Shown here piece after piece: positions 21,921 to 33,900 of a stretch of 38,484 bases of DNA (position 1 is the first letter of the stretch; each line of letters starts with the position of its first letter). The stretch is from Nemertoderma westbladi. Its lineage: Eukaryota > Animalia > Xenacoelomorpha. The stretch lies in the NCBI GenBank assembly GCA_032718475.1, contig JAUCBJ010006429.1, positions 1 through 38,484 on the forward strand, in the 5' to 3' direction. The notes beneath the pieces were generated by a model. That model was not told the DNA's origin, did no database searches, and saw only the letters and a list, made by a program, of their open reading frames with translations. The position numbers and the translations under genes are program-made.

Positions 21921-24900
21921 CTTTACTAATTCGTGACTATATCCTGCAAATCCAATTACAACAACCCTGTTCCATTTATCGGCGTCAGTAGCAGACCTAG
22001 CCAAGCACTGCATTCCCACGACAGCCAAGGATACCATAGGGCAGCTCTCCAACTTGGTCTGAACTTCAAGTAGCAATTCATTCAGGTGAGACGTATCTGA
22101 ATCAGGTACTGAACGAAGAAAGACCACACTGGGAGACAACAGTGAAGCAACAACCACACTAAATGAACCCCCTACATCGCCAGGGAATTCCAAAGGAGGA
22201 AACACTGATATCAACAGTGATAAATTGTAAGCATGGGAGCTTATTGAATCAAGATTCGGAGATGCCAATCCCAGATGGAGCATAACATCAGTAAAAGATT
22301 CTCCACTCTCAAGGTTAACATTGGCCGCATACGGCGGTGATGTGCCCTCAACAATGTTTACTGCAAGAAACTGATTAGGTCCTGTGAGAATTCCAACCAG
22401 CTGTATAACATTGCTAGGAGTCATCAAGTGATAGTGAATGTCAATGCCATGCAGACGTAGTGGTATGCATTGAGATGGAACGGCAGTGAGTGCAAAGTTC
22501 CTCATTCTGTTGAAGGAGACCAGCTCGGTGTTGCCGAAGTCTACAAATTGTATATACGCTCCATCGGAACATAAATCCCTGATTATACCCCGACACCATT
22601 TGTCATCTCCAGAGTAACGGGCACTGATACTGTCTCCCACACAAAAATTATCACGACATAAATTATCACAAACAGTAAGTCCCAGCTGATCCTCTAAATG
22701 ATCCATTACCTTGGAGAGGACAAAATTATTATTGCCAACAATATGTCCAAATATAGTCCCATCAAGCTCCAGGTGAGTAGCAATTACAGTGATTTGGATT
22801 CCAGCAGTAACACTCAACATCTCATAATCTCCAAAGTAAGGAGGCTTCACTGTTTTCTCGTCAGCAGCAATATAGCTGCATTCACCATATTGTTTAAGAG
22901 ACAGGCTATGAGATTCGTTATCTTCTGTATATTGTTTGGAAATACAAGGCAACATAGAAAATTGGTTTCTTGGCTCTGGAACGGTTGCATTGCTTTGAGT
23001 CAGAATAACATTATTATCATCATGTATTGTTTGAGATGTTGTATCAGGCAAAATAAATGTTGGTGTGTTATTGATGCTATCAACAACATCACATTCTTCG
23101 ATAACATTACCATTACATTTAACAACATCAACCATGGATTCTGAGACATTAACAACATCATTAATAGTTACATTCACAGTATTGCACTCGTACCCTATAA
23201 TAACCCCCACATTTTCATTCGCAATTGCATCCCTAACAAGTACTGAGTCTCCGAGAGAAATTTCACATTCCTTATAATTGTTTGTATGAGAATTATGATG
23301 ACTTAGTTCAATTTTGTCTTTTAAAGAAACAGCAACATTGTCAATTGCAGATACTTCATCGAGTCGGGAAACTTTCGCATCATCACCATCTGACATGATG
23401 TTCGTCATACTAACAGTGTTGTTATCATCTTTGGTATAATTTTCCGTATCCAAAATATGAACAAACTTATCAGCCTCACTGTATTCACCTGTGCTAACTG
23501 CAGAATCTCTTTCTTTACTGTCAGCAGTAAGGTATGATTCAGAATTGCCAGTGTCAGTTTCACTATTACTAGGCTTTTCATTGTTAGTGCCACCTATAAT
23601 TTGTAATTGGTCTAAACTGACATTAAGATTCGATACAATGTCATGGTTATCAATGTTTAACATACTATCTGCATTATTCGAATTTTCAAGTAATCCTTCA
23701 GTTTCTTCAAAAGAAACAACGTCCCCAATGGCACTATCAATAAGATACTGCATTACATATTGCACAATATATACAACTTCGTTGCAGTTAACCTCATCTG
23801 CATTTACATTTCCAGAGAGATCACTTTCCCTAATAACGTTATTAGAAGTAACATGATAACTATCACTAGGGGTTTCCTCGAAACATTCACCGTCTAGCTT
23901 CTCATAATCACTCTTAAGTAAGTCAGTGCATTGCGAATCCATGCATGTGGACTTGCTCGGAGATATACTAAATAAATTATGCAATATTTTCTTAGTAATT
24001 AGGCAGGATGAGATAGATCGAACTTTATACGGTTTGACTGTAGTCTTGCATGGCAAAGCCAATCCCTCCATTTCCAAAGTTTTACTCAGATTGTATAGTT
24101 TGACATCTGCACCAGGTTTTTGATCATCCGGGCGCTCGTAGTATAAAGATATAGCCATGGAATAATCGCCAATGTGATTATTCATTGTCGATTTATCAAT
24201 ATCTATATAAGACCAGACTTGAGAGACTAAAGTGTCAAGGAATTCGCACGTTGTCTGGGGCCACTCTCCTCCAGCAACTCCTGGAGGTTGTATGTCACTA
24301 AGATGGCAACGCATCACTAATGGGCTCATATGCCTATATCGCTCTGGAAGAATTCTTAAGTCTGAACGAGTTAGAGTGTAAGTGTTTCCCCAATCAGAAT
24401 AAAACACTTCCACTTCATCATTGGTATTATCCATTGTTCCAGATGCACTATCTTCGACCCCACCAAGACTTATAATCTCAGCGCGACACCATTGTTTCTG
24501 CAGAGGGTAGTATGCACAACACAGATCACCCACATGCCATGACATAGCCAAAACAGATGGCATTGCATCCTTATACAATGCTGTAAGATTGATACTCATT
24601 TCTTGGAGACCCCCATCCACTGAAAATGAAGATGCTTTCTGGATGTAAATCTCCCAAGGAGATATAGCATTACTGATACTCACAGCTAAGTGTGGAACAT
24701 CAGGGTTTAAACTTCGTGGACCATTTATTGTCTCAATAGTGTAACAACTAATATCCAAATTACATTCTGCTGTGCCGAGCACTTTAACCCCTGGTAAAAT
24801 TTGATCTTCCTTGGCAGCTACCAATCCTTCGAAATAAAGTAAACTATTTAAGCACATGTATCTTTCATCTTCTATGATAAAGATTAACACATCAGATTTC

Positions 24901-26723
24901 CGATTTACTTCATCGACAGTTTTAATTACCATAAACACCTCAGGACTTTGTACTCTTTCTAAAAAGAACTTTGATGCCTCGATACTAAATTCAGTTTGAC
25001 CTTCCAGTGGTTCCACACCCCAAAGAACACCATGTAAAGCCAATGTGGTCACTTTGAGCAGACTGTCAGGGATCTTCTGAATGTTTCTGTAATCCACATC
25101 AACAATATTGCCATAATCCACAAAGTAGACAGTGACCAATCGCTTACCAGGGAGACCAACAATTCTAGCTCTATACCACTTGCCATCCTCGGGGAAAAGG
25201 GCTATACAAACCATCCCAATTTCGGGCACAAGTATTTGCCATACATTTCGCCACTTCGAATAAATTCCCTGAATTTCTGCATCCATAGCACGTAAATAGG
25301 GTTGATTGGAGCTTTCTTGAACAGCAAAGTCTCGTAAAGACTTATAGTTACTAATACACACATGTAAAGTACTCTCTAAACGTGGGAGATCTGGAACAAA
25401 GAATTTCCGCTTGTTCACATTATATCTTCCACTCTCCAGTTTGTTGCTGATATTGCTGGCAAACCGAGCATGCTCTAGAAATACCATAGCATCACGGATG
25501 GAAAGCACACCACTTGTATCATAGTTGTCCATAGGCAAGGGAAGGGGGTGCAGATCCACCATTGATACACCTGTACGGTCCGTTCTGATCACAGACATAT
25601 TGACCATACGGTCACGTACCATATCTGCCAGATCATTCACAGCTAATTCAGTATATCCTACTGACCCATCCCAAGGCAGGATGTCATATAGGGAGCATTC
25701 ATAAGCAAATCCTTCAGCACGTGAGATTTTGCGAGGGAGTTTGCGCAAACAAGATACATTAACCCACTCGGTGTTACCAAAATCAACAAAATGAATTTCA
25801 GCTTGGCAATTTGTTGAGGGGCCAACGATGACTTCTTTATTCCCAGGTAATTTTATAACCTCGCAACGATACCAAATTGAATCCTTAGAGAACTGAGCCA
25901 AACACAGGTCAGAAACATCAACACATTCAAGTAGTGCAGTGCGACCTGAGGCAGAATTGCAGTACTTCTGAATAGCAAGTTGCAATTGCTGAAATGCAGG
26001 GTCACTCGATTTCTTCCGAATGTAGAAGCAACTAGGACTAGTAATATGAACTACCTGTACTAATTCTGAGGTGAGAAGCTTAGAGCCCTTTATAACAGGG
26101 CGCATTTTTGGAGCCCCAGGGTGATGGATTTCACCACCAGTAACGCGTGCAATGGAAGAATTTGAGCCAATCTCATCAATCTCATCCTCACTGAGACACA
26201 AATCTTTGGCATGTTCATAAATCATACCCCTCCGCCTGGGCAAAGTAGAATTCTTATTGTCATGCGAATTGTATAATTCATCAGAATCTGAATGGTGGAC
26301 GTCACCATCCAAATGATGTTCTAGTGAAGCGATGTCATCATCAATGTTACCAGACTCTGAACTATCATCATCTGTTATTCGCAGCGGTTTGATAAATTTA
26401 AATGGTGAGACTGTAGAACATTTAACTTTAATAATATTACTGAGATGATCCATAACTGATTCATCAATTTCCATGCTATGCATACGTAATGGTCCTAGAA
26501 GTCGCAACTCACAGCATTGTATATCGTCTAGAACATTAAGGTCATCAAGGATATTGACTGCATTAATAATGCAACCGCGAGTTTTTGTGGCTTTACAGCA
26601 TTCATTTACAACGCCACTAGCTGCTTCAAGATTTGCTGAAACGTTATCTTTTAAGGTCAATACATTTCTGATACATTTTTCTGATGAATTCTTCAATTGA
26701 TCCTGAAATATTTCTTCCGATAT
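21921..26723 (-). CDS. RNF17: RNF17/TDRD4/Qin-like multi-Tudor protein, paralog B, 4803-nt exon
   Basis: Four complete extended Tudor domains plus the start of a fifth, and LSIRDAMVFLEHARF. Collinear with paralog A (YMCLNSLLYFEGLVAAKEDQILPGVKVLGTAEC vs YICLNSVLVLEGLAAPKVGEILPGATVLGTAEC). Acceptor attctag at 26724-26725, donor AAG|GTAAGT at 21920. The ORF-track start at 26696 is TTG, so upstream exons are likely. Confidence 0.85.
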
Positions 26724-27169
26724 CTAGAATACAATTTATTGTAAATTACATATTAGAATATTTAAAACTATAGACCTAATTAAAACGTGGAAATGTATCG
26801 TATGTCCTCTTTCCACATGGGACGTGGGTAGAAATATAATATGACATAATCCAAACAAACCTATTTATTTATATAAAGGTAAGAGTAACTAGCACCTTAA
26901 ATGTAAATAATACATAATTAGGTTGTTTTTCGGTAATTTTATTTACAGTTGTTATGTACAAATTATAAGTGAAGTGATTTATGTTGCCCAAGTTGAATTA
27001 ATTAATTTTACAATAAAAGTCCACACACACCGACTTTAAAAATTATTGTACAGTACAAACAAAAACAAGTATATTATACTTTTCAGTTTCACTGTAGTGG
27101 TATACAACTTTCTACTTAATAAAGATGACAAATAATTAAATAATCATAATAATAAAATTGGATACTAAC

Positions 27170-27807
27170 TGCACAAGTGGGACACGTTTTTTTAAACTGG
27201 TACGGACTGGTTTCGCAAATAAATTTACAATTTTGCTAACAAGTGCCTGAAAAAATTTTACAAGAAGAAGAAACTATTCAATAATGGGCTTCAAGATGTC
27301 CCAAATCGAGACGTTCCTGTGAAGAGAAATTCCACCTGGGAATATTATTGATTAAATCCACTATTTTGAATTGACATCTCTCCAGAGGTCGTGAGTTCGT
27401 CTCGATTATACCCAAACATCGAGGAAAAGGAAACACGTGTCGTCTGGGAAAAATGTGCCCGTGGGACCGGGATGGCATGTATTTAACTTTTTCCCCAGAA
27501 AAAAGTCATCCAGGGAAAAAAAATTAAAATATTTTTGATATTATAATTAATATCAATAATCACACCAGAGCATCTTAGTATAAAAGGTTCGCATTATGAA
27601 AAAATGACTATGCTCCAACCCGAATAAAATCCAGTCCAGTTCCATCTTACATTATAAATACCCAGGGTGCAGTTAGGAACCAAAATTACTTGAAAGAGAA
27701 GAGAACTCACCCACCTTGAAGAATTTCCTTTCATATTGATAAAGCGTTGATAATAGTGAAACACAATAACAAATCAAGGAAAGGCAAAAACCAGTCCCAC
27801 TTGTGCA
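27170..27807. mobile_element. Putative non-autonomous DNA transposon bounded by inverted repeats
   Basis: TGCACAAGTGGGAC-nnn-TTTTT at 27170 and its inverse AAAAA-nnn-GTCCCACTTGTGCA ending at 27807. No clear TSD. Confidence 0.5.
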
Positions 27808-27967
27808 ACAGGCTAATAATATTCAAAATAACCAATATACGACGACCCCGGCGGGAAACTAAAAAACCAAAAGCCAAAGCTTACGGGTATCCATCGATAA
27901 AGTAACAAACATCATGGTAACCAAGGTTACCTGAGGTAAGCGTGACTTAAGGATTTCCTAAATTACA

Positions 27968-30900
27968 ACCGTTACATATGACACCCTAAAGTACAATCTT
28001 AAATACCGTTACATATGACACCCTAAAGTGCAACATCTTAAATACCGTTACATATGACACCCTAAAGTACAATATCTTAAATACCGTTATATATGACACC
28101 CTAAAGTACAATCTTAAATACCGTTACATATGACACCCTAAAGTACAATCTTAAATACCGTTACATATGACACCCTAAAGTACAATATATTAAATACCGT
28201 TATATATGACACCCTAAAGTACAATATCTTAAATACCGTTACATATGACACCCTAAAGTACAATATCTTAAATACCGTTACATATGACACCCTAAAGTAC
28301 AATATCTTAAATACAGTTACATATGACACCCTAAAGTACAATATCTTAAATACCGTTATATATGACACCCTAAAGTACAATATCTTAAATACCGTTACAT
28401 ATGACACAACGTCATAAAGTCAGGTCAGGTATTCTAGGTCATTGATCAAGAAAACTTGCCACCTCCATGCAGCATAAAGGAGGTGCCACCTGTAGCTGCA
28501 TAGACCCTCTTACTAGGGCAAATCTGGTCCTGTAACTAGGACCCCCTTCGTTCTGGGATAAGGACGCCCTTGGTCCTGGATTAAGGACCCATATACTTGG
28601 CTGCAGGGGTATATGGCCTGGCCAGGCAGATGGTGATCTACCAATGGCTGGTCAGGAGTAGACTGTTCTCATGTCCACTCTGAGTGCACTTCACTGCGAC
28701 CTGCACCTGGCAGCAGGGGTACAGGGCATGACCCAGCAGATGAGCTGCACAGCCAATGGTGGGTCATGTGCGCCAGAGTAGATATGGGCGATGTGCCTCA
28801 TATCTGACTCCACTGCGACACCCACCCTGTGGAATGGCAAACCAGGGTGTGGTATTTGCCCCGAGAGAGACATATGACACCCTAAAGTACAATATCTTAA
28901 ATACCGTTACATATGACACCCTAAAGTACAATATCTTAAATACCTTTACATATGACACCCTAAAGTAAAATCTTAAATACCGTTACATAGGACACCCTAA
29001 AGTACAATATCTTAAATACCGTTATATATGACACCCTAAAGTACAATCTTAAATACCCTTACATATGACACCCTAAAGTACAATATCTTAAATATCGTTA
29101 CATATGACACCCTAAAGTACAATCTTAAATACCGTTACATATGACACCCTAAAGTACAATATCTTAAATACCGTTACATATGGCACCCTAAAGTACAATC
29201 TTAAATACCGTTACATATGACACCCTAAAGTAAAGTACAATATCTTAAATACCGTTACATATGGCACCCTAAAGTACAATCCTGAATACCGTTACATATG
29301 ACACCCTAAAGTACAATATCTTAAATACCGTTACATATGACAACCTAAAGTACGATCTTGAATACCGTTACATATGACACCCTAAAGTGCAATCTTAAAT
29401 ACCGTTACATATGACACCCTAAAGTGCAATCTTAAATACCGTTACATATGACACCCTAAAGTACAATATCTTAAATATCGTTACATATGACACCCTAAAG
29501 TAAAGTACAATATCTTAAATACCGTTACATATGGCACCCTAAAGTACAATCTTGAATACCGTTACATATGACACCCTAAAGTGCAATCTTAAATACCGTC
29601 ACATATGACACCCTAAAGTGCAATCTTAAATACCGTTACATATGACACCCTAAAGTACAATATCTTAAATATCGTTACATATGACACCCTAAAGTACAAT
29701 CTTAAATACCGTTACATATGACACCCTAAAGTACAATATCTTAAATACCGTTACATATGACACCCTAAAGTACAATCTTAAATACCGTTACATATGACAC
29801 CCTAAAGTAAAGTACAATATCTTAAATACCGTTACATATGGCACCCTAAAGTACAATCTTGAATACCGTTACATATGACACCCTAAAGTACAATATCATA
29901 AATACCGTTACATATGACACCCTAAAGTACGATCTTGAATACCGTTACATATGACACCCTAAAGTGCAATCTTAAATACCGTTACATATGACACCCTAAA
30001 GTGCAATCTTAAATACCGTTACATATGACACCCTAAAGTACAATATCTTAAATACCGTTACATATGACACCCTAAAGTAAAGTACAATATCTTAAATACC
30101 GTTACATATGGCACCCTAAAGTACAATCTTGAATACCGTTACATATGACACCCTAAAGTGCAATCTTAAATACCGTTACATATGACACCCTAAAGTGCAA
30201 TCTTAAATACCGTTACATATGACACCCTAAAGTACAATATCTTAAATACCGTTACATATGACACCCTAAAGTACAATATCTTAAATACCGTTACATATGA
30301 CACCCTAAAGTACAATATTTTAAATACCGTTACATATGACACCATAAAGTACAATCTTAAATACCGTTACATATGACACCCTAAAGTACAATATCTTAAA
30401 TACCGTTACATATGACACCCTAAAGTACAATATCTTAAATACCGTTACATATGGCACCCTAAAGTACAATCTTGAATACCGTTACATATGACACCCTAAA
30501 GTGCAATCTTAAATACCGTTACATATGACACCCTAAAGTGCAATCTTAAATACCGTTACATATGACACCCTAAAGTACAATATCTTAAATACCGTTACAT
30601 AGGACACCCTAAAGTACAATATCTTAAATACCGTTACATATGACACCCTAAAGTACAATATCTTAAATACCGTTACATATGACACCCTAAAGTACAATAT
30701 CGTAAATACCGTTACATATGACACCCTAAAGTAAAATCTTAAATACCGTTACATATGACACCCTAAAGTACAATATCTTAAATACCGTTACATATGACAC
30801 TCTAAAGTACAATATCTTAAATACCGTTACATATGACACCCTAAAGTACAATATCTTAAATACCGTTACATAAGACACCCTAAAGTACAATATCTTAAAT

Positions 30901-33900
30901 ACCGTTACATATGACACCCTAAAGTACAATATCTTAAATACCGTTACATAAGACACCCTAAAGTACAATATCTTAAATACCGTTACATATGACACCCTAA
31001 AGTACAATATCGTAAATACCGTTACATATGACACTCTAAAGTACAATATCTTAAATACCGTTACATATGACACCCTAAAGTACAATATCTTAAATACCGT
31101 TACATAAGACACCCTAAAGTACAATATCTTAAATACCGTTACATATGACACCCTAAAGTACAATATCTTAAATACCGTTACATATGGCACCCTAAAGTAC
31201 AATCTTGAATACCGTTACATATGACACCCTAAAGTGCAATCTTAAATACCGTTACATATGACACCCTAAAGTGCAATCTTAAATACCGTTACATATGACA
31301 CCCTAAAGTACAATATCTTAAATACCGTTACATATGACACCCTAAAGTACAATATCGTAAATACCGTTACATATGACACCCTAAAGTAAAATCTTAAATA
31401 CCGTTACATATGACACCCTAAAGTACAATATCTTAAATACCGTTACATATGACACTCTAAAGTACAATATCTTAAATACCGTTACATATGACACCCTAAA
31501 GTACAATATCTTAAATACCGTTACATAAGACACCCTAAAGTACAATATCTTAAATACCGTTACATAAGACACCCTAAAGTACAATATCTTAAATACCGTT
31601 ACATATGACACCCTAAAGTACAATATCTTAAATACCGTTACATATGACACTCTAAAGTACAATATCTTAAATACCGTTACATATGACACCCTAAAGTACA
31701 ATATCTTAAATACCGTTACATAAGACACCCTAAAGTACAATATCTTAAATACCGTTACATATGACACCCTAAAGTACAATATCTTAAATACCGTTACATA
31801 AGACACCCTAAAGTACAATATCTTAAATACCGTTACATAAGACACCCTAAAGTACAATATCTTAAATACCGTTACATAAGACACCCTAAAGTACAATATC
31901 TTAAATACCGTTACATATGACACCCTAAAGTACAATATCTTAAATACCGTTACATAAGACACCCTAAAGTACAATATCTTAAATACCGTTACATAAGACA
32001 CCCTAAAGTACAATATCTTAAATACCGTTACATATGACACCCTAAAGTACAATATCTTAAATACCGTTACATAAGACACCCTAAAGTACAATATCTTAAA
32101 TACCGTTACATAAGACACCCTAAAGTACAATATCTTAAATACCGTTACATAAGACACCCTAAAGTACAATATCTTAATTACCGTTACATATGACACCCTA
32201 AAGTACAATATCTTAAATACCGTTACATAAGACACCCTAAAGTACAATATCTTAAATACCGTTACATATGACACCCTAAAGTACAATATCTTAAATACCG
32301 TTACATATGACACTCTAAAGTACAATATCTTAAATACCGTTACATATGACACCCTAAAGTACAATATCTTAAATACCGTTACATAAGACACCCTAAAGTA
32401 CAATATCTTAAATACCGTTACATATGACACCCTAAAGTACAATATCTTAAATACCGTTACATATGACACCCTAAAGTACAATATCTTAAATACCGTTACA
32501 TAAGACACCCTAAAGTACAATATCTTAAATACCGTTACATATGACACTCTAAAGTACAATATCTTAAATACCGTTACATATGACACCCTAAAGTACAATA
32601 TCTTAAATACCGTTACATAAGACACCCTAAAGTACAATATCTTAAATACCGTTACATATGACACCCTAAAGTACAATATCTTAAATACCGTTACATATGA
32701 CACTCTAAAGTACAATATCTTAAATACCGTTACATATGACACCCTAAAGTACAATATCTTAAATACCGTTACATAAGACACCCTAAAGTACAATATCTTA
32801 AATACCGTTACATATGACACCCTAAAGTACAATATCTTAAATACCGTTACATATGACACCCTAAAGTACAATATCTTAAATACCGTTACATATGACACCC
32901 TAAAGTACAATATCTTAAATACCGTTACATATGACACCCTAAAGTACAATATCTTAAATACCGTTACATATGACACCCTAAAGTACAATATCTTAAATAC
33001 CGTTACATATGACACCCTAAAGTACAATATCTTAAATACCGTTACATATGACACCCTAAAGTACAATATCTTAAATACCGTTACATATGACACCCTAAAG
33101 TACAATATCTTAAATACCGTTACATATGACACCCTAAAGTAAAGTACAATATCTTAAATACCGTTACATATGGCACCCTAAAGTACAATCCTGAATACCG
33201 TTACATATGACACCCTAAAGTACAATATCTTAAATACCGTTACATATGACAACCTAAAGTACGATCTTGAATACCGTTACATATGACACCCTAAAGTGCA
33301 ATCTTAAATACCGTTACATATGACACCCTAAAGTGCAATCTTAAATACCGTTACATATGACACCCTAAAGTACAATATCTTAAATATCGTTACATATGAC
33401 ACCCTAAAGTAAAGTACAATATCTTAAATACCGTTACATATGGCACCCTAAAGTACAATCTTGAATACCGTTACATATGACACCCTAAAGTGCAATCTTA
33501 AATACCGTCACATATGACACCCTAAAGTGCAATCTTAAATACCGTTACATATGACACCCTAAAGTACAATATCTTAAATATCGTTACATATGACACCCTA
33601 AAGTACAATCTTAAATACCGTTACATATGACACCCTAAAGTACAATATCTTAAATACCGTTACATATGACACCCTAAAGTACAATCTTAAATACCGTTAC
33701 ATATGACACCCTAAAGTAAAGTACAATATCTTAAATACCGTTACATATGGCACCCTAAAGTACAATCTTGAATACCGTTACATATGACACCCTAAAGTAC
33801 AATATCATAAATACCGTTACATATGACACCCTAAAGTACGATCTTGAATACCGTTACATATGACACCCTAAAGTGCAATCTTAAATACCGTTACATATGA

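Noticed and set aside
665-26700. Short ORFs antisense to or overlapping the F-box and Tudor exons, and poly-Pro/poly-Gly ORFs
   Set aside because: Shadow ORFs or homopolymer artefacts with no recognisable domains.
27711-27957. Candidate 5' exons of paralog B (MKGNSSRW|GTGAGT at 27711-27734; EILKSRLPQ|GTAACC at ~27931-27957)
   Set aside because: Both are phase-compatible but tiny and lack homology support, and the first lies inside an inverted-repeat element. Transcript data are needed.
28460-28530. HDV-like ribozyme at the 5' end of the insertion (P1 ATGCAGC/GCTGCAT, P4 CCCT/AGGG, J4/2 CAAA)
   Set aside because: I could not build a canonical P3/L3/P1.1 or a good P2. Hammerhead CUGANGA/GAAA and twister cores were not found either. 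Left as an unclassified pseudoknot.
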